64,000 nucleotides of DNA, from the NCBI GenBank assembly GCA_023920165.1, contig CP089274.1, positions 3,534,001-3,598,000 on the forward strand, in the 5' to 3' direction. The DNA is from Curvularia clavata (Eukaryota). Made by a program: the position numbers and the translations under genes. Positions 52,719 through 62,517 of the stretch are shown here, piece after piece; position 1 is the first letter of the stretch; each line of letters begins with the position of its first letter. Below the pieces are notes generated by a model. It searched no databases. It worked only from the letters and a program-made list of their open reading frames with translations, and was not told the DNA's origin.

Positions 52719-53141
52719 TGAATCTGTATGGGGTGTGGGCAAGCCGCGGGCGACTTAATTGTGTGTGGATGTATGGGCGGGTTCGGGGGTCGTGCGTGGT
52801 GATGATGTAGAAGGAGGTAAAGTTGGGGAAAGCTAGGAGGGCAAGCGACCACGTCGGCTTGGCACTAGGGATTCCAATGGCGCAGGACGCGGCAAGGTCG
52901 CGTTGACGGGGGTTCGACTGGGCTGTGTTGTATGCAGAGGTGAGGCGAGTGCTGAGAAGCGATTGATCTACGAATAGCTTGGGCGTCTTGCTCCAGCCTG
53001 CCGTGCTTGCGCGCGCGTCTAGACCGTCACGTGCTCTCCAGGGCGGCGGCTTCCCGCAGTCCATGGGTGCTGGTGCTTGGCCCACCTCTCGTCATCGCCT
53101 CACTCGCCTTTCATTCAGGCACAACGACTGACTGCGCCGCC

Positions 53142-54431
53142 ATGCAGTCCGCTACCGGGAAACGTGTGCTGAGCACTCTCGCCTCCAAGATCCACCCGCA
53201 GCTGCCGCTTTCGCCGCGAGAGAGCCAGCAACTGCTGTCCCTCCTCACCCAGTCCTTCCGCGCCCATCTCGACCGGGAGCACCCTATCAGCCCCTCAGAG
53301 AGCACCCAGAGAGCACCTTCACGACAGCTGCTGATTAGCAGTGGGACACGTGGCCCCTCCCCGCACCGTGTGGCAACATCGTCCTACGCTTCGGCTACCC
53401 AGCATCTCGACTCCATCCTAAACAATCCATTGTTTGCAGTAAAGCCCCGCCGGAGAGGATCCGAGTCTGCAGCGGTCGATGTCTTGCGAGACCCTGTTGG
53501 GTGGTTCATCAACGAGATAGCGTCTGGTTCTGCTACTCTGCAAAAGGCGTCCATATGTCTCGAGGTGCTCGAGAAGACGACAAACGAAAGTCCGGCGTGG
53601 CTAAAAGATGGAGTAACGCCAGCAAATGTACTATCAGAATGGCTACGAACTAGTGGCCTGGATACCTCAAGGCAGTTTCTGGAGGTGTGCATGACAAAAT
53701 CGGGCAATGGCACTAGGTTTCTTGACAGATTGGTGGCTTTGCAGCTGGCAGAGGGCGAGACGTCTGCGCCATGGCGCTGGTTTATCCGATCAGATGAGCA
53801 GCGGGCGAAGGAAACTGGCTTGGATGTGTCCAAAGTGATCAAGTTCAGGCAACAACTTCTGGAGAAGATGGTATCGGTTGAAGCAAACACCAGCTTAACC
53901 AATGGCCTGGCCACCTTCATGCAGGCTTTCCGCCTCACCGAGAACGCAGGCTACGAGTCGGCGTATGTTGTATTAAGGACTGCGGGCGGTCGTCTGGTCA
54001 ACCGCATCATCTCTAGCAGCGACATGACCATCGACGTTGATCTGTACCAGACCTTCTCGTTGTCATCGCAACGCTGGCTTGGAGGCTGGAGCCGAGCTGT
54101 TGAGGCCATGCTGTGGCTGCATCATCCTGTAGAAAGCAGCCCGGCTCCAGGTCTACGATTCATTCAGGACCCTGCTGGGGCCGTTACTTTTACAGGATCA
54201 TCACGAAGCCGACGGAGTTTTCTCGTCCAGCTCTGTTTGGGAGTTGCAAGACAGCTCCTGGAACAAGAAAAGTTTGCAGAAGCACAGGCAGTCATGGAAT
54301 TCACGAAGGAGCACTTTGCAGACATTGTGCTCCCTAAGCCTGCTGCTTTGGAACCGCACGCATCAGAGCCATGGAATGTGCGTAGGGAACGGGAAAATCT
54401 GGAGCTGCTGGACCGCTTGATCCCCACCTGA
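53142..54431 (+). CDS. Conserved-looking hypothetical protein, possibly mitochondrial (about 429 aa)
   Basis: Single long ORF from ATG 53142 in good context (GCCATGC); KIHPQLPLSPRESQQLL.LL..SFR.HLDREHP motif. Confidence 0.78.
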   Translation: MQSATGKRVLSTLASKIHPQLPLSPRESQQLLSLLTQSFRAHLDREHPISPSESTQRAPSRQLLISSGTRGPSPHRVATSSYASATQHLDSILNNPLFAVKPRRRGSESAAVDVLRDPVGWFINEIASGSATLQKASICLEVLEKTTNESPAWLKDGVTPANVLSEWLRTSGLDTSRQFLEVCMTKSGNGTRFLDRLVALQLAEGETSAPWRWFIRSDEQRAKETGLDVSKVIKFRQQLLEKMVSVEANTSLTNGLATFMQAFRLTENAGYESAYVVLRTAGGRLVNRIISSSDMTIDVDLYQTFSLSSQRWLGGWSRAVEAMLWLHHPVESSPAPGLRFIQDPAGAVTFTGSSRSRRSFLVQLCLGVARQLLEQEKFAEAQAVMEFTKEHFADIVLPKPAALEPHASEPWNVRRERENLELLDRLIPT

Positions 54432-54893
54432 GGGTCCGTGGGAAGATCAAAGAGAAAAAAAATTACTCATAGCTACCCAGGTGCAAGCTGAGATCAGCTC
54501 ATACCACATTTCCGTTTCCGGGAGTTTGGCAGATGTCATATTGGCAGGCCTGAAGACCAGGCCGAACCCTTCTGGATAGTGCACCGAAGTCTGGCCGTCC
54601 GTGCGGGGAAAGCACTTAGGTTCACGCACGCCTTCATCACCACATCGTCATAGCATTACGACAATGGCTAGCAGAAATAGACTCAGGATTTTCGTGTCGC
54701 AAAGTATGCTGGCGAGACGAAGCTTGAATTGGTTTAAATCGATATTCCATGATTCTATTCTACATTAGTCTATAGAAGACTGTCTTTTTGTATGGTATCG
54801 CTAAAATAAACACAAAGGGTGTTGGAAAGAAGAATGCCATGTCATCATGATCGTCGTAGTAATAATTTTTTACCCCGCTTTCTCTGTCTCTCT

Positions 54894-55883
54894 CTAGGCC
54901 TTGAGCTCACCACCGTCGGTCTCCTCAGGCCAGACGTCGTAGCCAAAAGTGTCCTTCATGTTGACGAAGCGAGTGTGCCTGCCGCGAGCAACCTCCTCAA
55001 CGGCTTCAAAGTCCTCCTTGCTGAGCTCGGGGATGAGCCAGTTGCTCTCGATGCGCTTGGGGGTGGAGCTCTTGGGCAGGACGACGTAACCGCGCTGAAG
55101 GCCCCATGCAAGCAGGACCTGAGCGAGGTCGTAGCCGCTGCGCTGAGCGACCTCGTTGAGTTTGGCGTTGGTGCGAACCTTTTCGCCGGTGCTGGGGACC
55201 TGGTTCTGCGAGCCGAGGGGCGAATAGGCGGCGACCAAGATGTCGTGGTCCTGGCAGAACTTGATGAGGTCCGTGTTGGGCAGGAAGGGGTGCACTTCGA
55301 TCTGATTGATCATGGGCTTGACTTTGGCGAAGCTGAGCAGCTTCTTGAGGCCGTCAATGGTCCAGTTGGAGACGCCGATGGACTTGGCCTTGCCCGAGTT
55401 GTAGATTTCCTCCATAGCGCGCCATGTTGGCTCCGGGTTCTCCGTCAGGTCCTTCTTGATGATGTACTTGCCGTCTGGGCCGAGCTTGGGCATGTGGTTG
55501 TCATCGCTCTCAGCAGCAATGGGCCAGTGGACGAGGAAGGCGTCAATGTAGTCCATGCCCAGCTTGGTCAGACTGCTGTTGAAGCTCCATTTGACCTCGT
55601 CGGGCTCGTGGAGATGGTTCCAGACTTTTGTGCAGATGAAGAGGTCCTTGCGGGTGACGCTGGGGTTCTCCTTGAGGAAGTCGCGCACAGCAGCGCCGAC
55701 CTCCTCCTCGTTCTGGTAGAACCAGGCGCAGTCGAGGTGTCGGTAGCCCGTCTTGAGCGCGGTGGTGACGGCGGCGTAGGTCTCGCCGGAGGCGCCCTCG
55801 CTGGCAAAGGTGCCGAAGCCGACGGCGGGTATGGTGACGCCGTTGTAGAGCTTGAAGGTCTTCTGGTTGGCGAGGGGTGCCAT
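54894..55883 (-). CDS. gldB: Aldo-keto reductase, NADP(H)-dependent glycerol dehydrogenase (GldB/Gld1-like)
   Basis: Intronless, 329 aa. GFGTFASEG..GETY, GYRHLDCAWFYQNE, TKVWN, LVHWP and LPKS (D-Y-K-H tetrad); C-terminal RFVNMKDTFGYDVWPEE resembles GldB as I recall it. Confidence 0.82.
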   Translation of the reverse strand: MAPLANQKTFKLYNGVTIPAVGFGTFASEGASGETYAAVTTALKTGYRHLDCAWFYQNEEEVGAAVRDFLKENPSVTRKDLFICTKVWNHLHEPDEVKWSFNSSLTKLGMDYIDAFLVHWPIAAESDDNHMPKLGPDGKYIIKKDLTENPEPTWRAMEEIYNSGKAKSIGVSNWTIDGLKKLLSFAKVKPMINQIEVHPFLPNTDLIKFCQDHDILVAAYSPLGSQNQVPSTGEKVRTNAKLNEVAQRSGYDLAQVLLAWGLQRGYVVLPKSSTPKRIESNWLIPELSKEDFEAVEEVARGRHTRFVNMKDTFGYDVWPEETDGGELKA

Positions 55884-55890
55884 GATTGCG

Positions 55891-55923
55891 GTATGTGTAT
55901 GTGTATGTGTATGTGTGTGTGTG
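55891..55923. repeat. (GTATGT)4(GT)n microsatellite immediately upstream of the AKR start codon
   Basis: Direct reading of the sequence. Confidence 0.9.
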
Positions 55924-56319
55924 CAGGAGACGAGGAGGGGAAACGAGTTGGGGAGGGGTTGTATGTGGTGTTTGGTACACAAGCCAAAAGTACACAATAG
56001 GGTGGAAGTATGTTTTGTAAACAGCAGCAACGCGCCGCGGGAGTGCAAGACTACATATATCGAGTGCAACGGGGCTGGCACTGAATTTTTCTGAGCTCCC
56101 CTCGCCGTCTGTCATCATCATCATCACGGCTCGGCGCCAGCTGGCATCTGCTGGCACCACCCACGCCCCAGGACGAGGGACTTGCAGGGCCATGACCTCA
56201 CCCGTCTCTACCCGATGGCGGTGGTATTTCGCAGCATCGGTCCCATTGCGAAAACTCGTCCTGGTAGTGGCATCCAACAGTTTCACGTTGCTGGTGGTGT
56301 TGTCAGTTTTCTGGCCGCC

Positions 56320-56326
56320 ATGACGT
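56320..56326. promoter_or_regulatory. CRE/Atf1-like site (ATGACGT) in the AKR-HAD divergent promoter
   Basis: Exact ATGACGT; related ATGACCTCA at 56192-56200; STRE-like CCCCT at 56098 and 57052. Confidence 0.4.
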
Positions 56327-57146
56327 CGTGGGTGGATCTCCAGGGTCCACAGCACGGGCCGCGCTGCAGAGCTTCAAGTGGCAGTTTTGCCGACGTTGTC
56401 GAAAGCGTACAGTGGTTTGATGCACTCGGCTGGTGCGGCTCTGTCTCTCCAGCCACTCGCTTGCGCCGTCTCCGCCCTAGTTCGGCGACGCGCGCATCCT
56501 TCGTCACAGCAACATGACATCTCCCTGTACCATCCTCGCTCCTCGTGCGCACGTTTCTATACGCATTCCCACACGTCGACACACTCTACATGCACGCCTT
56601 GCCTCTTTCGCCGGCGGTGAGCACCTGCGTCCTTTTCCGGCCGCGCGCTGTTTCCGGTTGCCTGAGGCTCTGCGCTAAGCTTTCATGGCATAGCCGAGAC
56701 GTATACAGCCATTCTCCCACGTCTTGTGGCGACTCACATCTCGCGAACCCTATCAGTCCCCAGTTTTCGGCCTCATTCCGGCGGTGACGGTATCCAGTTC
56801 TCATTCTCTGGTCTGGCAAACTCGTCCTCTAGCGCTGCTCTGCACGGGCGTCTGCTGTATGATGATGATGTCGTAATGTGGGTACAGAGATACTTGTTGA
56901 ACCCGTTGCAGCTCACTCCTTGGCTGATGTCTTCGGCCTAACCCGGGATAGTGCAGAGCTGCTTCGAAACTTTGAACACTGTACTGGCAAATGACGGTGC
57001 CATCCGCTGTCTACCAGTCTTCCTGTCCACGGACGACATGATGATATATAGCCCCTCTCCCAGGACCCTGATGTCGCCTCTTCACTATCACACCACTCCA
57101 CACCTTCACTCACTGTCTATCATATCTAGCTTCTGTGAAGCTTGAT

Positions 57147-57170
57147 ACTACTACTACTACTACTACTACT
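57147..57170. repeat. (ACT)8 microsatellite in the presumed HAD 5' UTR
   Basis: Direct reading of the sequence. Confidence 0.9.
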
Positions 57171-57227
57171 ACCTTTTGCATTGGAAATACCCTTTTTACT
57201 TCACCGTTGCATACCCCACTCGCCATC

Positions 57228-58730
57228 ATGTCTCCCTCAGCTTTTGACGACAAGGAATTGGCTGGCTCTCCTCTGACCCAGACCAAGTCCAACACCAACG
57301 GCACTCGCTCAGCCTCCAACTTCGCTGTTGGAAGCAGCGAGCTTCCCATTCCCGGTGATGCTCACGAGGATGGTACCGCCAACGCCATTGAGGTTCCAGC
57401 AACCCGCAGTGCTATTGCTGATACCACAAACTACATGCACAACCTCTCCCTCTCCCCTTCCATGAAGGACAGGAGAGGATCCCGCAACTCTTTCGGTACC
57501 TCACTGCCCATTCCTCGCTCCAAGAGGCAGTCGAGGTTGTCCTCTGTACACTACCCCGATGGCCCCGGAGCCGCTAAGCGCCCGGGCATGCCTGCCATTC
57601 AGCCATCTCGCGATATCATTGCTGCTCAGCTTCAGGATCTCGCTGGCGAGAAGGTCAAGGCTGCCAAGGACATGGCTTTCGTCTTCGACATCGACGGTGT
57701 CCTCGTCCACGGTGACCGTCTCATCCCTGAGGGCCAACGCGTCCTTGAGATCTTGAACGGAGACAACGAGCTCGGCATCAAGATCCCACACATCTTCCTT
57801 ACCAACGGTTCTGGTAAGCCCGAGCAGGCTCGTGTCGACCAACTCTCCAAGATCCTCCACAACCCCATCTCCACCGAGCAATTCATCCAGTCGCACACTC
57901 CCATGCGTGCTTTGGCCGAATACTACAAGACTGTCCTCGTCGTCGGTGGTGAGGGCTACAAGTGCCGTGAGGTCGCTGAGCAGTATGGCTTCGAGGACAT
58001 TGTCGTCCCCAACGACATTGTCGCCTGGGACCCCACCATTGCTCCTTACCGTGTCTTCACTGAGGAGGAGCGCAAGACCTCCCGTCCTCGTGACTTCAGC
58101 AAGACCAACATCGAGGCTATCATGGTCTTCTCCGACAGCCGTGACTACGCTACCGATATCCAAATCATCATGGATCTCCTCCAGTCTGAGGACGGTCGTC
58201 TGGGAACCCGGGCCAAGGACCCCGTCTCCCAGCGCATCCCCATCTACTTCTCTCAGGGTGACATGCTCTGCCCCACCGAGCACCCCTTCCCCCGCATGTC
58301 CCAGGGTGCCTTCCGTATCGGTCTCGAGGCCATGTACAAGTCGCTCACTGGCGTCGAGCTTGAGCGTGTTGTCTATGGCAAGCCCGAGTTGGCTACCTAC
58401 AAGTACGCTGACGAGGTCATTGCCAGCTGGATGGAGACCATCCACAACGAGGAGAAGCTGCCTGCTCATATCTACATGATTGGTGATAACCCAGCCTCCG
58501 ACATCATCGGTGGTAACATGTACGGCTGGAACACTTGCTTGGTCCGCACTGGTGTCTTCCAGGGTGGCGACAACGACGAGAACAACCCAGCCTCGTTCGG
58601 TGTCTTCAAGAATGTTCTCGAGGCTGTTCAGACCGCCATCAAGAAGGAGCTTGGTGAGGACTTCAAGTTCAAGTTTGACGAGAAGATCAACCCTGTCATG
58701 CAGGAGGGTGGTGTCTCTGCCATTGCTTAG
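57228..58730 (+). CDS. HAD-superfamily subfamily IIA hydrolase/phosphatase (CECR5-like), 500 aa
   Basis: Motif I FDIDGVL, motif II FLTNG, motif III YGKP and motif IV MIGDNPASDI; intronless with strong codon bias. Confidence 0.92.
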   Translation: MSPSAFDDKELAGSPLTQTKSNTNGTRSASNFAVGSSELPIPGDAHEDGTANAIEVPATRSAIADTTNYMHNLSLSPSMKDRRGSRNSFGTSLPIPRSKRQSRLSSVHYPDGPGAAKRPGMPAIQPSRDIIAAQLQDLAGEKVKAAKDMAFVFDIDGVLVHGDRLIPEGQRVLEILNGDNELGIKIPHIFLTNGSGKPEQARVDQLSKILHNPISTEQFIQSHTPMRALAEYYKTVLVVGGEGYKCREVAEQYGFEDIVVPNDIVAWDPTIAPYRVFTEEERKTSRPRDFSKTNIEAIMVFSDSRDYATDIQIIMDLLQSEDGRLGTRAKDPVSQRIPIYFSQGDMLCPTEHPFPRMSQGAFRIGLEAMYKSLTGVELERVVYGKPELATYKYADEVIASWMETIHNEEKLPAHIYMIGDNPASDIIGGNMYGWNTCLVRTGVFQGGDNDENNPASFGVFKNVLEAVQTAIKKELGEDFKFKFDEKINPVMQEGGVSAIA

Positions 58731-58995
58731 ACATATGACGATGAGCAAATCTTTCCTTTGTTGCATTTCTACGGCGTTTTTTCGGGTCGATATATCCTTG
58801 CATAGCGTTATTGCTTGCATTATAGATTAACGAGTTTACAAACTTTCCTTACGTATACGAAAGAAAAAGGTCCTATGGACTCTTTTTGTTTCCTTGGTTA
58901 GAACAGTCTTGCTGGAATGCAAGAAAAAGTATCTTTTTTTCTTATGACGATGGTATCTTTGCTGCTACTGTTCACGTGACATGCATCTGTCGAGT

Positions 58996-60184
58996 TCAAT
59001 CTTCATCATGATCAAACCCAACAAGTGAGGTCATCAATCTGACCTCTTCGACATCTCCATCAGCCTCCCATAATGCCTTGCAATCATACCTTCTTTCCAA
59101 TCTGTACCAGATATCCCACACTAGATACCGCGCCAGCGCTCTACTCTGATACAGCGCAAACTTAACATCGTACGAACTAACCCCATCACTCTCCCACTCT
59201 GCTTCTTTATCATCCTTATCTTTCCACTCTGAAAGCGCTATCCTGCGAGGTGTAGCCTGGCCACCACCATCTTGACACGCAGTGCGGGGCTCCGAACCAG
59301 GACCTTTGCTCTCAGCTGATGTGGCCCGTAATGGCATGAACCCACTCCACCTCACACATCCATCTACAACTGGCGTGGTCCCCGGCCTCGGCGAAGCAAA
59401 CTCATCGAACCATTCGCCCAATACATTAAATCTTGCCCTGACATACAAACTCCACTGCAGCGAGAAACCCGAATCGCGATAACATCCAGCCTGCCGTTGA
59501 TGCCTGTCAGTTTGAAAAAGCCCAAAACGACTCACACCTTTGCGCAAAAGTACGTAGGTGCACTAAACCGCTACTCACGAAGATATTGTTTCCCTCCCTT
59601 CTCACAATAACCACATTCCCGCCCTTCCTCCCCTCCACCTCCCTCTTGTACACAAACTCCCCCACCCGCGGGTCCAGAAAAGCCTCTACGCATTCTTCGC
59701 TGGTGTGACTTAGCACCGTGGCCACGGCGTCGCAGAGGCGCGGACTAGCTGCCTGCACGAGAGCATCTTCAGACGCAAAGTACGCAGCTAAGTCGATGAC
59801 ATGCATGTGTCGTGGCCAGGTGTTGTTACGGAAGAAACGTGAGCCACGCAGGAAGAAGGGACGCATGATTTTGTCGCAGAGGTCGTGGGTGGGAGAGGTG
59901 TAGTAGGGATTTTGGAGTTTGGAGAGTTGCGTATGGGGTGTTTCTTCTTCAGCTTCGGCTTCGGTGGGTATGCTACGAAGGGAAAGCAGAGAGGCTAGCG
60001 TGTCTGTAAGACGACATAGTGCGCTCTGGTCTTTTTTTGGGCTGTTGTTGGGGGTAGGCTGTGTGGGATCGCGAAAGGATGCGATGAAGGTGCGCGCGAT
60101 ACGTGATGCGCCGAGCTCAGCCCATTCGTCGTCTGGAGGGTCCCAAAGGGAGGCGGAGGGAGAGGTGCGGTGTAGAGGTGCCAT
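58996..60184 (-). CDS. Hypothetical protein (about 366 aa, two exons)
   Basis: Intron 59491-59578 (GTGAGT...CTGAC...CAG) joins the two ORFs in frame: ...EGNNIF|AGCYRDSGF... Confidence 0.65.
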
Positions 60185-61576
60185 GTTGAGCGCTGCGGAG
60201 TCGTTGATGTAGAAAATCTTTGAACTGCTGTGTGTAGGTTGATTTGATGCTAGACAGAGGTATCGTGAGAACCTGTAACTCTCTGTTCGAGTTGCCAGCG
60301 GTGTCGCGTACTGCGAGTGATTTCGTAGATGGCGATATGGACATGTATTTGCGTGCTGTCCTTTGTGCTGTTCAAATGAAGTCGAGTCGTGTTCGTGTAA
60401 TAGGATTTGAGGGTTTGTTTACGTTCAGGACTAACCCTTGACTGTTTGTTTGCTTTACAAACGAACCGAGTACGGACATGTTTGTACATCTCAAGTCAGA
60501 CCTGTTCCATGTCGAGGATACATGCTACGAGTTCACCAAATTGACGAGTGAATGGCTTGGAGATCAGTGTTATGTTCTTCGGTGTGTAACTTTCTTTCTT
60601 TCATATGATGATAATTTACCAAGAGACTGGACCAGACCTCACCAGCCTTGGTGCTTGGCAGCTTTGTATTTGTTTCTCTCGAAATGAGTAGAAAATCGGA
60701 CCATTATCTTGCAGAAGGTAGACTTGGAGTAGATGGTGGCATTCATATTAAAGTAGGTCCTGAAGAGCGTTTATAGTGAACGGGCTAATACAAAGCTGGA
60801 TAGTAGACTAGAACCAGCTAGTGCAGCTAGCGGAGTGTATGTCAAGAGAGTTAAGGCGTGTCCCACCTCGGATTTCCAAACGTGCTCCGCACGCTCTTTG
60901 CAGCCACCTAGTCTCGTGCTGTCCAGAATATATGTTTGGTAATCTATGAGTGTGAAGAGAGAGTAGTACGAAGGTAGAGGAACGAGTAGTCACATAAAAG
61001 GCTTATAGCCAGACTGAGTGTCGACTACCAGCAAGACCTTAACAATGGGCATGACTAAATCATCATGATATTGCACGGAGCACTGCCTTTAGCCTTGTCC
61101 CTGACTCCACGATATACAGGATCGATTAGTATCTATCACCCTTTTTAGGTGTTGGTCATGCTGATGAAAGGCAGATAAGGCGGTTTGGGAGCGAAAGTCT
61201 GCCTGCTGGCGAATACAATCCTCGGGTCAAGTAGTGCTCTCGGCATGTAGGCAGCGAGCAAAAGGACATCAACTAGGCTTCGTTAGTTTCCAAACGCATT
61301 GGCCCATACCAAACCCAGAACAGCCACGACGCATCACTAGCCCAAGGACATTGGGAGTTGGTAGTTTTGGATTCATTCAGGGAGAGCCCAGACTCTTTGA
61401 TATCAGTCGTGATCACATCTCCCATATATCTGCCACATCCCTCCGCGGCGCTGCAAGAACACTACGCCATCATTTTGTCCATCCTCGTGAAGTCCGTATA
61501 GATGCCCATAGCTTTCGCAAAGAACTCCGGTAACCGAATGAAATGCCGCTTCCCTTTCCCCCCAGAGTTTGAGCGC

Positions 61577-61934
61577 TTATCGCAGACGCCTGGCCTCACG
61601 TTCGGACTCGAGCAGGCAGAGAATGTCGTTCTCGCGGACTGTGTATAGGGTTAGCTACAACACAACGGGCGGCAAGTGGGCAGGCGAGCGTACCTGGGCC
61701 CTTGACGTTACGGATGATGGAACGGGTCTGGTCGTCCATGAACTCGACACGGCACTGGGTGACACCACCACGGGAGCCTGTATGGACCGTCGTCAGCCTG
61801 CTATTCTCTCACTTTGCGCCGTGCACATGTCCCATGCGCCCTCTCTGCAACAAATTTCGCAAATTTCGCGTACCGGTTCGGCCAAGGACACGGGTGACCT
61901 TGACGAGCTTGACGGGAGCCTTAGCTGAATCCAT
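61577..61934 (-). CDS. RPS28: 40S ribosomal protein S28 (eS28); missed by the ORF track
   Basis: Three exons spell [68 protein letters not shown]. Confidence 0.97.
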
Positions 61935-62517
61935 TATGTGCGGTTGTGTATTTTGACGGGAGTCGGTCGGTCGGTATGCGGAAGAGCTGGGTTGGGCGTC
62001 GAGACGGAGTTGTCGCTGGCGGGAGACTCAGAGTGATCGTGGGTGGGCAAAATCTAAGCGAAGCTAGAGTTGCAGGGATTGGTGTGCACGGACCACACAA
62101 CCGCTCCCTGACCAGCTGTGCATCTTGACCTTGACATATCATCACCGCATAATTTTATATTGTTTCTCAATGATACAAGTAAAAATATGTTTTGAAACAC
62201 ATGCTATTTCCGAAAGTGCTCTTAGGCCGCCTTCTCAAATTTCGAACAGCACTCTCACGACGGTGCCAAGAGCTATGAATATTTAAGGTTTCTCGCTCAA
62301 GGCACTCTAGGATATCAATTATGATGTCTCCATGAAATACTTAATATTAGACTGCTCGTCGCCGAGCTTGAGACTTGTGGACATTTGCAAAGGGGTTACA
62401 GATACTCCATGCTGAAAATTCCACACACAAGTCATTGGCCAGCCAACCAAAGTTAAGTACTTTGATACTACTATCCCATCAGTTCAATTAAGTAAAACTC
62501 ATTACTCATGACGCTGT

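Noticed and set aside
54478..54592. TPP riboswitch-like fragments (GGTGC..CTGAGA..ATACC; TCTGGATAGTGC)
   Set aside because: The CUGAU core and P5 pairing are missing, spacing is wrong, and it is not in a thiamine gene intron.
54819..56000. 393-aa plus-strand ORF antisense to the AKR
   Set aside because: Shadow ORF produced by avoidance of TTA/CTA/TCA codons in a highly biased sense gene; no recognisable domain.
56859..56927. C/D-box-like segment with a 9-nt match to LSU rRNA (ACTCCTTGG)
   Set aside because: No terminal stem, the C box lies within a GAT repeat, and a 9-nt complement is at chance level.
57135..57227. GTG-initiated N-terminal extension of the HAD ORF
   Set aside because: Reads through an (ACT)n microsatellite; ATG 57228 has the typical ATCATG context.
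57501..58820. 439-aa minus-strand ORF antisense to the HAD gene
   Set aside because: Same codon-bias shadow effect.
61160..61215. Hammerhead-like CTGATGA...GAAA
   Set aside because: No stem II closing directly between the core motifs, and no stems I/III.
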